Assembly (NCBI GenBank): GCA_964489445.1
Contig: CAZAYU010000002.1
Location: 269,020 to 333,019, forward strand
Length of the DNA: 64,000 nucleotides
Origin: an uncultured Planctomycetia bacterium
Lineage (GTDB): Bacteria; Omnitrophota; Gorgyraeia; Duberdicusellales; 4484-171
Direction: 5' to 3'
In this document: piece by piece, positions 36,695 to 45,297 of the stretch
How the letters are laid out: every line of letters starts with the position of its first letter
Numbering within the stretch: the first letter of the stretch is position 1
Made by a program: the position numbers and the translations under genes
The notes under the pieces: model-generated
Seen by the model: the letters and a program-made list of their open reading frames with translations, nothing else
What the model was told of the DNA's origin: nothing
Database searches by the model: none

Positions 36695-37156
36695 ATGATA
36701 AAAGCAGTAGCAACAAACAGAAAAGCAAGGCATAATTATCAAATTTCCGAGACTATTGAGGCCGGAATAGAGCTTAAGGGCAATGAAGTTAAGTCTTTGC
36801 GGACAAGTAACTGTTCGCTTGGAGAAAGCTTTGCTCGCGTTGAAGGAAATCAATTATTTCTATATAATATGCATATTCCGGAATTTGAGAAAAGTTCTTT
36901 CTTTAAAACTGATCCGAAGAGAATTAGAAAATTACTTGTTCGTAAGCAAGAAATAAGGAAGCTAATTAGTTCTGTAGTTCAAAAAGGGTTTACAATTATT
37001 CCTTTGAGAGTTTATTTTAATGTAAGAGGTTTTGCTAAGATGGAGATTGGTTTAGCAAAAGGCAAACATGTTTTTGATAAACGGAAAAAACTTAAAGATG
37101 ATGCTATTCGAAAAGAAACTCAACAGATTTTAAAAAAATATCGCGGCAGAATTTAA
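36695..37156 (+). CDS. smpB: SsrA-binding protein
   Basis: MIKAVATNRKARHNYQISETIEAGIELKGNEVKSLR...GFTIIPLRVYFNVRGFAKMEIGLAKGKHVFDKR matches SmpB closely. The six-frame ORF starts 48 nt upstream, but the canonical N-terminus begins at 36695. Confidence 0.9.
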   Translation: MIKAVATNRKARHNYQISETIEAGIELKGNEVKSLRTSNCSLGESFARVEGNQLFLYNMHIPEFEKSSFFKTDPKRIRKLLVRKQEIRKLISSVVQKGFTIIPLRVYFNVRGFAKMEIGLAKGKHVFDKRKKLKDDAIRKETQQILKKYRGRI

Positions 37157-37184
37157 TAGCTAGCTTTATACGGGAGGGTTAAGA

Positions 37185-37991
37185 ATGAAAGAAATTGTAG
37201 ATACGGCGATAGAGGCTGCAAAAGAAGCAGGGGCCTTTTTATGGGATAACTTTGGAAAAATTACGCGGATCGAAAAGAAAGGTGATCGCAATTTTGCTAC
37301 TAACCTAGATAAAGAAGCAGAAGAATTAATCATTGACAGGGTGAAGGCAAAATTTTCTAATCACGGAATTATTGCTGAAGAAAGTGGCTTTGATAATGCT
37401 GAACGTGATTTTCTCTGGATTATTGATCCTCTTGATGGCACACATAATTTTATGCGTAACATTGATATATTTGGGGTATCAATAGGGGTGTTGTATAAAC
37501 AGGAGTTTGTGGCTGGAGTTATTTATATGCCTAAAGATGACGAATTGTATGTGGGGGAGAAAAAAAATGGTGCATATAAAAATGGAGAAAATATTAAAGT
37601 ATCTTCTTTATCTGACTTAAATGATTGTTCAATATCTTTTGATTCTAGTATTCGCCATAATTCAAAAATTATGCTGGAAGTTTTAGATGAACTGGCTAAA
37701 AAAGTATTTAATGTTCGCATGCTTGGCTCTTCAGTGCGTCAACTTTCCTATATTGCAGAAGGAAAGCTTGATTTTGGCGTAGAATTTCATGATCGTCCTT
37801 GGGATTTCGCCGGTGGAGTATCAATTATTGAAGAAGCCGGGGGCCGGCTAAGCAGTCTTAGCGGTGACCTGCTTTCTTACAAAACTGTCGGGTATATTGC
37901 TTCTAATCCAAATGTCTACCAACAAGTACAGGAGATATTACATCGACATTTAGAAAGTGCACGAATAGACAAGAAAAATAAAGAAGAATGA
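37185..37991 (+). CDS. suhB: Inositol monophosphatase family protein (SuhB-like)
   Basis: 268 aa with the IMPase motifs WIIDPLDGTHNFM and a C-terminal WDFAGG. Confidence 0.8.
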   Translation: MKEIVDTAIEAAKEAGAFLWDNFGKITRIEKKGDRNFATNLDKEAEELIIDRVKAKFSNHGIIAEESGFDNAERDFLWIIDPLDGTHNFMRNIDIFGVSIGVLYKQEFVAGVIYMPKDDELYVGEKKNGAYKNGENIKVSSLSDLNDCSISFDSSIRHNSKIMLEVLDELAKKVFNVRMLGSSVRQLSYIAEGKLDFGVEFHDRPWDFAGGVSIIEEAGGRLSSLSGDLLSYKTVGYIASNPNVYQQVQEILHRHLESARIDKKNKEE

Positions 37992-38231
37992 AGCCGACCG
38001 GATAGAAGACTTTATTAATTTGGACTCTTAGTTAAAAATAATTTTAAAAGTGTTGTGTATCCTTAAAATTGCAAAGCGTGATGTTTTTTAGTTGTTTACA
38101 AAAGAGCTTTACAGCGCTGAGAAAATACGTATAATAAGTTAAATAAATCTGGGGTTTTAAACTAATTTACTTTGAATATTTACTTATAGTGCTGAGAAAA
38201 TAATAAGTAGCTTTGCAGATAGTATTTTTTT

Positions 38232-38310
38232 CGGGAGGTAGCGTAGCCTGGTTCAACGCACTTGCTTTGGGAGCAAGGGATCGTGAGTTCGAATCTCACC
38301 CTCCCGACCA
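38232..38310 (+). tRNA. tRNA-Pro (anticodon TGG), CCA encoded
   Basis: CGGGAGGTAGCGTAGCCTGGT...CTTGCTTTGGGAGCAAG...GTTCGAATCTCACCCTCCCGACCA has a 7-bp acceptor stem and anticodon loop TTTGGGA. Confidence 0.85.
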
Positions 38311-38332
38311 TATAAGTTAAATCAAAATTTTT

Positions 38333-38406
38333 GTGCCCGTAGCTCAATCGGATAGAGCACCTGCCTTCTAAGTAGGGGGTTGCAGGTTCGATTCCTGCCG
38401 GGCACG
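38333..38406 (+). tRNA. tRNA-Arg (anticodon TCT), no encoded CCA
   Basis: GTGCCCGTAGCTCAATCGGATAGAGCACCTGCCTTCTAAGTAGG...GGTTCGATTCCTGCCGGGCACG has anticodon loop CTTCTAA. Confidence 0.85.
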
Positions 38407-38522
38407 TAGTTTTTTTTAAAATAACATACTTTATTGATAATTATTTGGTAGTAAACCGAGTATATTAAAAAAGATTAAGTAGCTATAAGATATCCAAAGC
38501 AGTATTTAACGAGGGAGAAACA

Positions 38523-39764
38523 ATGAAGAAAATTTCGATTTTTGTTGCTATCGTATTGGTAATATTGATTTTAATTTATGGGGCTATCTTTGTATTTGCT
38601 AATGCCCAGGGAAAAGATTTACTTATTTCTGCCATCCGGGACAATTTTGGTATCCAGGCAAACATAAAAGAATTTTCTTTTCGGTTTCCGTTTAGTGTAA
38701 GAGTTAAGGAATTTGAATGTGAAGATTTATCCCTTAAGACAGCCAGCGTGTCTTTAGGGTTCTACAATCCATTTACTTATCATTTAAGCCTAAGGGCGGT
38801 TCGCCTAGAAGGTCTTCGCTTGAAGATAGTCAAAGACGAAAAAGGAGTTTGCTTATCTCCTTTTACTGCAGATACGAATCTTAAAAGCAGAACAATTGCT
38901 ACCTCGAACTTTGATAGCGATGGTTCTAATCACGGCCAGAAAGCTCGTTTAGCTAACGATTCTTCAGTTGCAGATAATACAAAGAGTATTTCTGTAACAA
39001 TAAATGATTTTTACCTCCAGGATTCTTCAATTGAAGTTACCAACAAAGACAGGCGTTTTATGCAAATTATTCTAGGAGATATTTCTTTACACGTTAGAGG
39101 TTTTACCTATCCTAGATTTTCTAAATTTAAGCTTAAAGGTAGTACATCTGTATTCTCGACTTTTGATTCAGAAAAAGTAGCCGGAAGAGTTCGCTTAGAC
39201 GGATGGGTAAATTATCAGAAAAAAAACATGGATTTAAATTTAAAAATTGATAACTTTGATTACTCTATGTTCAATAGCTATTATCCGCTTAGTTGCCGGG
39301 TGGATAATATTGGAATAAGAGAGGCGTCATTTTCTTTAAGCTCTAATTTAGTTTCAGAAGATAATGATCTTACCATTGATTCTACTTTATCTTTGGATAA
39401 GATAGAGTATATGCGTAAAGAAGAAGCAGGGGACAGCGCTTACTCTAAAGCAGGAACTATTAGAACGGTAGTTGCGTGTTTTAGAAATAATCAGGGGAAA
39501 ACAGCAATTAATTTCCAGATAAAAACAAAAATGGATTCACCTAATCTTGATTTTTCTTCGCTTAAAAACAAAATTAGCGGAGCCTTTAATATAAATCCGT
39601 TTACTATACTTAAAACACTAACTGGTGGCACTAAAGATGGGGTTGTTAAGGGTGCGGGAAAAATGGAGGATTTAACGATAGGCACAATGATTGATACGTT
39701 TAAGAATATAGGGGATAATTTTACTGACATATTTAAAAATAAAGAAAAATCTTCTTCAGAATAA
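38523..39764 (+). CDS. Hypothetical membrane-anchored periplasmic protein (AsmA/DUF748-like, tentative)
   Basis: 413 aa with a single N-terminal TM helix (ISIFVAIVLVILILIYGAIFVF) followed by a Ser/Thr/Asn/Asp-rich, predicted beta-rich domain. I recognise no confident family. Confidence 0.4.
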   Translation: MKKISIFVAIVLVILILIYGAIFVFANAQGKDLLISAIRDNFGIQANIKEFSFRFPFSVRVKEFECEDLSLKTASVSLGFYNPFTYHLSLRAVRLEGLRLKIVKDEKGVCLSPFTADTNLKSRTIATSNFDSDGSNHGQKARLANDSSVADNTKSISVTINDFYLQDSSIEVTNKDRRFMQIILGDISLHVRGFTYPRFSKFKLKGSTSVFSTFDSEKVAGRVRLDGWVNYQKKNMDLNLKIDNFDYSMFNSYYPLSCRVDNIGIREASFSLSSNLVSEDNDLTIDSTLSLDKIEYMRKEEAGDSAYSKAGTIRTVVACFRNNQGKTAINFQIKTKMDSPNLDFSSLKNKISGAFNINPFTILKTLTGGTKDGVVKGAGKMEDLTIGTMIDTFKNIGDNFTDIFKNKEKSSSE

Positions 39765-39892
39765 AGCAGCAGCGTTTTAAATAACATGAAGAAAAATTAC
39801 GATTTAAGAATATGATTGTTCTAATTGGTTTATTCTAGCAAAGTTATTCCATCGCTGGTAAAAAAAATAAGTAATAAATTTGTATAATTTTT

Positions 39893-39970
39893 GGTGGGTG
39901 TAGCTCAGTTTGGTAGAGTGCTTGACTGTGGCTCAAGTTGTCGCGAGTTCAAATCTCGTCACCCACCCCA
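39893..39970 (+). tRNA. tRNA-His (anticodon GTG) with encoded G(-1) and CCA
   Basis: G-GTGGGTGTAGCTCAGTTTGGTAGAGT...CTTGACTGTGGCTCAAG...CACCCAC-C-CCA. The extra 5' G pairs with the discriminator C and is diagnostic of tRNA-His. Confidence 0.85.
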
Positions 39971-39987
39971 GAATTTAGGAAGTAAAT

Positions 39988-40461
39988 TTGGCAATAAGAG
40001 GATGGAGCACGGAAATGGCAGAGCGACGCAAACGGCTTGTTAAAAAACCGGATGAGATATTGGAAAATGTTTTTGTAGGTCATAGCGAAGCACTACTTAG
40101 CGGTAGTGAGAACGGAAAGCGATATTTACTGAATTTTCTTGAAAAGTTTAACTCGATCCCTAATGCGGTGAAGTTTTTTATCTATGACCTTTTGGCAGAA
40201 GACGCCTATCAAGTTGACGATTTTCTTTTATGTCGACAAGCGGTAGAGCGTGCCGGCGAATATCTAGAGGAGGCGCAGGCGAAAAATAGTTCTCAATTAG
40301 CCAAATACCTGCCGGCGCTGCGCTTTGTTGAAAGGGGGATATCGATCATGGTAGACGCAGGTGAATTTGAAACGGCTATTTCCTTTTGTGATCTAGCCAT
40401 TGTAATCGGTTTGGACAAATCGTACGCTGCCAAAAAAGCTTCTATAGAAAAAATGCTGTAA
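39988..40461 (+). CDS. Hypothetical protein, GC-elevated relative to neighbours (likely horizontally acquired)
   Basis: 157-aa ORF starting 18 nt after tRNA-His. GC by eye is about 43-45% against about 35% for flanking genes, and codon usage is enriched in GCG/CCG/CGC. I recognise no motif. Confidence 0.45.
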   Translation: MAIRGWSTEMAERRKRLVKKPDEILENVFVGHSEALLSGSENGKRYLLNFLEKFNSIPNAVKFFIYDLLAEDAYQVDDFLLCRQAVERAGEYLEEAQAKNSSQLAKYLPALRFVERGISIMVDAGEFETAISFCDLAIVIGLDKSYAAKKASIEKML

Positions 40462-40522
40462 AAGGGCAACAGACACCTTTTTACGTCTTACTTTCAAGCC
40501 GGCTTTTCTTTTTTTCAGGAAG

Positions 40523-40641
40523 TGGTATAATTGTGAAAAAGGAGGGGCTTAAGTAAGGAAACAGGTCGAACCTGCTTCATCCAGCCACCCCAGTTTTGAC
40601 GCTTGGTGAACAGTTCTCTTTCGAGCTGTTCGTTTTTTTTC
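40523..40641 (+). ncRNA. Candidate small RNA or leader. An extended -10 promoter (TGGTATAAT, 40523-40531) leads to a rho-independent terminator (hairpin 40608-40631 plus T8 run 40633-40641).
   Basis: Promoter and terminator bracket about 100 nt with no plausible ORF. The segment contains the stable hairpin CAGGTCGAACCTG and GGGG...CCCC ends. I do not recognise it as tmRNA, SRP RNA or RNase P RNA. Confidence 0.3.
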
Positions 40642-41003
40642 TGGGGAACGATATTTTTGGACAATGTGCAGGAGAGAGAGCAATGGTACGCAAATAAACA
40701 ATGTACTTCGCAGGATTTGTCCACTTTTCCATACTGGGCAAGCGGTTGCTCTTTATCTCCTAAATAATTACGCTACTCTTAGCTAAAAAATACCGGACAA
40801 AATAGGACACGTCTATGTGGTAATTATCTTTCAGTAATGGAATTTTCTTGCTAATAGCGTATAATTCTAATATAATAAGGTCCTGTAAATAAAGAGAGGT
40901 TTTCCTAGTTGTAGCAAGTAAGGAAACCCAAAATAATTCGCATAAACTTATTTTGTACCTTTTCACCAAATTAGCTGTAACTGTATGATCGCAGGTAATA
41001 AGT

Positions 41004-42092
41004 ATGTCTAAACTAAAGCCATTAATGATCGGAGATTTAAGAGTAGAAGTGCCAATCATCCAAGGTGGCATGGGGGTTAAGGTATCCATGGCACCTTTAG
41101 TTGCCGCAGTTGCTAATTGTGGTGGAGCTGGAACAATTGCTAGTGTTGGACTTGCTTATGGTATTCCTGAGAATGAATCCGACTATCTGCATGCCTCAAG
41201 AGAGGCTCTTCGAAATGAAATTTCAAAGGCGAGAGAATTATCTTCCGGTATTATTGGGGTGAATATAATGGTAGCTCTCACTAATTATCAAGAACTGGTA
41301 CAAGTTGCTATGGAAGAAAAAGCAGATTTTATAATTTCGGGAGCAGGCTTACCGATAAAATTGCCGAAATTTACTGAAAAATCTCCCATAAAACTAATTC
41401 CCATTGTTTCTTCAGCTAAGGCTGCCAAGATTATTATAAAAGCATGGAGCAACCGTTATCAGCGGTTTCCTGATGCAATTATTGTTGAAGGCCCTCAAGC
41501 TGGAGGCCACTTAGGATTTAAATTTGAGGATTTAAATGAAAATTCAGGCAATAGCCTAGAAAATATAGTAAGTGATGTCTTGAAAATAGTTGGCGAATAT
41601 GAAAAGGATTCAAATATATCTATACCGGTTATTGCCGCTGGAGGCATATTTGATGGTAAAGATATAGCTAAATTTATTAAATTGGGTGCAAAAGGTGTAC
41701 AAATGGGGACCCGGTTTGTTGCTACCGATGAGTGTTCCGTGGCTGATGAATTCAAACAGTTGTATCTTAAAGCTCAAGCTGACGATGTGGTTGTTATAAA
41801 AAGTCCTGTTGGTTTACCGGGAAGAGCAATAAGAACTGCCTTCATTGAGAGAATAATGCGGGGAGAAAAAGATTATTTTAACTGTGTTTATAAATGTCTT
41901 ATAACTTGCGATCCTGCTACAGCACCTTATTGCATAGCGAAAGCTTTGTGTAACGCTTCAATCGGTGACTTGGATAATGCTGTTGTATTTGCCGGAAGTA
42001 ATGTCACAAAAGTAAAAAAGATCTTACCAGTAAAGCAACTAATCGATGAGCTTTTTGATGAGGCAGCTAAAGAGATGGGTACAAGCTACTAG
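41004..42092 (+). CDS. fabK: Nitronate monooxygenase-family FMN enzyme, probable enoyl-ACP reductase II
   Basis: 362 aa with N-terminal PIIQGGMGVKVSMAPLVAAVANCGGAGTIAS and IAAGGIFDGKDIAKFIKLGAKGVQMGTRF, the NMO/FabK TIM-barrel signature. Confidence 0.65.
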   Translation: MSKLKPLMIGDLRVEVPIIQGGMGVKVSMAPLVAAVANCGGAGTIASVGLAYGIPENESDYLHASREALRNEISKARELSSGIIGVNIMVALTNYQELVQVAMEEKADFIISGAGLPIKLPKFTEKSPIKLIPIVSSAKAAKIIIKAWSNRYQRFPDAIIVEGPQAGGHLGFKFEDLNENSGNSLENIVSDVLKIVGEYEKDSNISIPVIAAGGIFDGKDIAKFIKLGAKGVQMGTRFVATDECSVADEFKQLYLKAQADDVVVIKSPVGLPGRAIRTAFIERIMRGEKDYFNCVYKCLITCDPATAPYCIAKALCNASIGDLDNAVVFAGSNVTKVKKILPVKQLIDELFDEAAKEMGTSY

Positions 42093-42613
42093 CCGAAACT
42101 TGCCTGGACTTTTTTTAATAACTTTTTTAACAGATGTTCATAACAAACAAGGTTCAATAATTGGTTTGTTGTTAGCAAAGTAGTTCTAGTTTTGTTTAAT
42201 AGATGACCCCATTCTTTTTATCAAAGGATAAAAAGAATGCCTTAAGCAAAGGACTTTAATTGAGTTGCTATTTTGATTATGCCTTAGTATGTGTATATAA
42301 TTCTGGCGATGGCTGTCGTTATACAGTTATCGTTACCCTGTAAAATTAATCCACTCAGAAGAAAAGCCAACTAAATTTGCAGCTTTAAAAAGAGAGAGTT
42401 GTATAAAAAAACTTACTCGCAAAAACAAGTTGAAGATAGTCGGATAATCTTTTTTTAACTTATGATATTTTACTTATTTTATTGAGATTGTTTCTGCTAG
42501 AATAAGCTATAATCTAGAGGTGGGGAAATAAAGTTTGTTCTGTTGACTATTTTATGCTTTGTTTTGTTACTTACTTTTATTGCAATTTCATCAATTGGCG
42601 CTAAAATCAGCTA

Positions 42614-43882
42614 ATGACAATTAAAAATAGAGTATACGATGTGGCGATAATTGGAGCAGGTGCGGCTGGATGTATGGCAGCGATTAGAGCTGGTCAATCT
42701 AAGCAAATGGTAATTTTAATTGAACGTAATAAGATTATTGGCCGCAAGATTCTCATTACTAGCAATGGTCGCTGCAATCTAACTAATACAGCACTCCTAG
42801 AGGTTTTCTTAAAAAAATTTAGTCCGAATCCGGAATTCTACCGAACTGCTTTTTTTAAATTTTTTAGCAATGATCTAAAAGAATTTTTTAAGGCCAAAGG
42901 CTTAAGGTTAAAAGTAGAAAATCGGGGGAGAATTTTACCGATAACTAATAAAGCAAAATCAGTGAATGTAGTTTTAGAAAATTATTTAAAGGAAAATAAT
43001 GTAACAATGGTTTTTAGTAAACGTGTCGTAAGTGTTGCCAGTCATAGTGATTATTTTTCGCTAAGTTGCAAGAATAATTATTATTTTAAGGCCAAGAAGG
43101 TTATTATCGCAACAGGTGGAGTAACTTACCAAGCTACTGGCTCAACTGGTGATGGATTTGTTATGGCAAGACAATTGGGTCACAAAATAACTAATCTTAG
43201 TCCGGGCCTTGTGCCGTTAGTAGTGGAAGAAAGCTTTATCAAGGAATTACAAGGGCTTTCCTTTGATAATGTGCAGATAACTGTTAAGTGTGATAATAGA
43301 AAAACGGTTTCTTCAGTTGGTGAAATGATATTTACCCACTTTGGTTTGTCTGGGCCATTGGTTTTAGATGCTAGTGGTGATATTTTGCCAATGCTTATCA
43401 AATTTAAGAAAGTAAAAATTACACTTGATTTTTGTCCTGATTATAAAAAGGAAGAATTAGAAAGTGCTTTTATAAAAAAGATGAATACTTGTGGCAAAGC
43501 CAAGATTAAAAGCCTTTTAGGAAATTTATTACCTAAAAGAATGGTGGAAGTCTTTTTATCCTTATTAATGGTACAGACTGGAAAAACAATAAGTCAAACA
43601 TCTAAACAGGAGCGCTTAGATATAATAACTAATCTTAAAAATTTTCCTTTGACAATTATTGGTAGTTTGTCTTTTGATGAAGCAATGGTAACCTGTGGTG
43701 GTGTGTCTATAAAAGAAATAAATCCCCGAACTATGGAATCAAATATTTTACCTGGTGTTTATTTTGCCGGCGAAATAATAGAATCTACCGGAAAAAGTGG
43801 AGGGTATAATCTTCAGCAGGCTTTTTCTACAGGGTATTTAGCGGGAAGTATTCATTGCAAGGATAAAACGAGGGGTTCTTAA
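42614..43882 (+). CDS. HI0933-family FAD-dependent oxidoreductase (aminoacetone oxidase-like flavoprotein)
   Basis: 422 aa with N-terminal YDVAIIGAGAAGCMAA, ...SNGRCNLTN..., a C-terminal GGV..., and ...GYNLQQAFSTGYLAG, typical of HI0933/YhiN proteins. Confidence 0.7.
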   Translation: MTIKNRVYDVAIIGAGAAGCMAAIRAGQSKQMVILIERNKIIGRKILITSNGRCNLTNTALLEVFLKKFSPNPEFYRTAFFKFFSNDLKEFFKAKGLRLKVENRGRILPITNKAKSVNVVLENYLKENNVTMVFSKRVVSVASHSDYFSLSCKNNYYFKAKKVIIATGGVTYQATGSTGDGFVMARQLGHKITNLSPGLVPLVVEESFIKELQGLSFDNVQITVKCDNRKTVSSVGEMIFTHFGLSGPLVLDASGDILPMLIKFKKVKITLDFCPDYKKEELESAFIKKMNTCGKAKIKSLLGNLLPKRMVEVFLSLLMVQTGKTISQTSKQERLDIITNLKNFPLTIIGSLSFDEAMVTCGGVSIKEINPRTMESNILPGVYFAGEIIESTGKSGGYNLQQAFSTGYLAGSIHCKDKTRGS

Positions 43883-44220
43883 TTCCATTTGAATCTTCAA
43901 GCGTACTTAGTAGTTAGTCAATAAGGAAAGTATATCCATTTTATTATTAGCGTGCATGCTTTTTGAATGTTAAGAAAGAGCATTTTAAGTGTGAGATGGT
44001 AATTGTCAAAAGAGGCTAAGCATAACAGAGAGGAGAAGTTTTTGAGGGAGCGGTCTTGCAATAGCTGTGATTTTTCTTGTTTCCTCTTATATTATAGCTT
44101 ATAATACAGGCCTACTAAGTAAAAATTTGATGTAGTATATAGATAAAATAATAGGGTTTTCGAAGTATAAATTCTAGCAATGGTTATTTTCGTTAATGTG
44201 GAGTAAATACTCTCAAAATA

Positions 44221-44787
44221 ATGCAAAAGCTTAGAGAGCAAGTCAATAATTGTAATAAATGTTTATTAGGGAGCATGCGCATTAATCCTGTTTTTGGAGA
44301 AGGTAACTCTTCGGCGAAGGTTATGTTTGTTGGGGAGGCACCGGGGGCCAATGAAGATGCAACCGGAAAACCGTTTTGTGGTAAAGCTGGAAAAGTGTTG
44401 GATGAACTATTGCTAATTGCTGGTTTAACTAGAGAGAAAATTTTTATTTGTAATGTTTTAAAATGTCGTCCTCCAAAAAATCGTAATCCGCAAAATTTAG
44501 AAATAGAGGCTTGCACGCCTTATTTAAATTGTCAGATTAATTTTATAAAACCGGCAATTATTTGTTGCTTAGGCAATTTTGCTACCGCATACATTATGAA
44601 TAAATTCAACATTAAATCTAAGATTCAGGGGATCAGTAAAATTCATGGAACGATATTTATTGCTGAAGCTTTTTACGGAAAAATCAAAATTATTCCGTTG
44701 TTTCATCCTGCTGTACTTACCTATGATTCGCGTAAGAAACCAATATTGGATCTTGACTTTCAACAATTAAAATATGTACCAAGGTAG
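44221..44787 (+). CDS. Uracil-DNA glycosylase, family 4
   Basis: 188 aa with CNKC...GEG..., the MFVGEAPGANED motif and FCGKAGKVLDELL, hallmarks of family-4 (Fe-S) UDGs. Confidence 0.8.
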   Translation: MQKLREQVNNCNKCLLGSMRINPVFGEGNSSAKVMFVGEAPGANEDATGKPFCGKAGKVLDELLLIAGLTREKIFICNVLKCRPPKNRNPQNLEIEACTPYLNCQINFIKPAIICCLGNFATAYIMNKFNIKSKIQGISKIHGTIFIAEAFYGKIKIIPLFHPAVLTYDSRKKPILDLDFQQLKYVPR

Positions 44788-44913
44788 CAAAAGCTGTTGC
44801 ATAATGGAATGTTTACGTTTTTTGCCTTATTAGAATAAGTATTTCTATAAAATTAAAATTGACCTTTTTTGAATGTTAAGGTATTATTTTGCAAAGGCAG
44901 GAGTATAGTTTTT

Positions 44914-45297
44914 ATGTTTGTAAGGCGTTTAGAAGATTGCCAACAGTTTATTGCCGGGGATTGCTCTTTGTTGCGGGAATTCTTTCATCCGGATAAAGAA
45001 CAACTAAATATCGGGTATAGCTTGGCGCACGCAGAAGTATTGCCGGGTGAAACAACCTGTTGTCATCGGATTAAACAATCATCAGAAGTGTATTATATTA
45101 TTGATGGAGAAGGATTAATGCATATTAACAATCAACAATTTTCAGTTGAAAAAGGCTGTGCTATTTATATTCCAGAAGGAGCGAATCAATATATTAAGAA
45201 TGTTGGCAAGAATATTTTGAAATTTTTATGTATTGTTAGCCCGCCTTGGCAGGCAGACAATGAAGAAGTAGAAAAGAAGGAAAAGGGTAGCAGTTAA
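44914..45297 (+). CDS. Cupin-domain protein
   Basis: A small protein (127 aa from the 44914 start, 142-aa ORF) with a cupin-like two-His region (...HRIKQSSEVYYIIDGEG...). The start was moved to the Met preceded by AGGAG; the six-frame ORF begins at 44869. Confidence 0.5.
   Translation: MFVRRLEDCQQFIAGDCSLLREFFHPDKEQLNIGYSLAHAEVLPGETTCCHRIKQSSEVYYIIDGEGLMHINNQQFSVEKGCAIYIPEGANQYIKNVGKNILKFLCIVSPPWQADNEEVEKKEKGSS

Noticed and set aside
36594-37185. tmRNA (ssrA) expected adjacent to smpB
   Set aside because: I scanned the flanking intergenic DNA and the tRNA cluster for a GGGG...GGATTCGAC 5' end, an ANDENYALAA-type tag frame and a ...GGTTCGA..CCACCA 3' end and found none. ssrA is probably elsewhere in the genome.
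40541-40600. SRP RNA or tmRNA identity for the candidate sRNA at 40.5 kb
   Set aside because: The hairpin CAGGTCGAACCTG superficially recalls SRP helix 8 and a T-arm. There is no GNRA tetraloop with the conserved GGAA/AGCAGC internal-loop motifs and no tRNA-like acceptor/CCA end. I left it as an unassigned candidate sRNA.
40515-41089. Minus-strand ORFs of 69 aa (40515-40724) and 109 aa (40760-41089)
   Set aside because: Both lie in promoter, sRNA or AT-rich intergenic DNA. The second overlaps the fabK start. No SD or recognisable motifs. Probably spurious.
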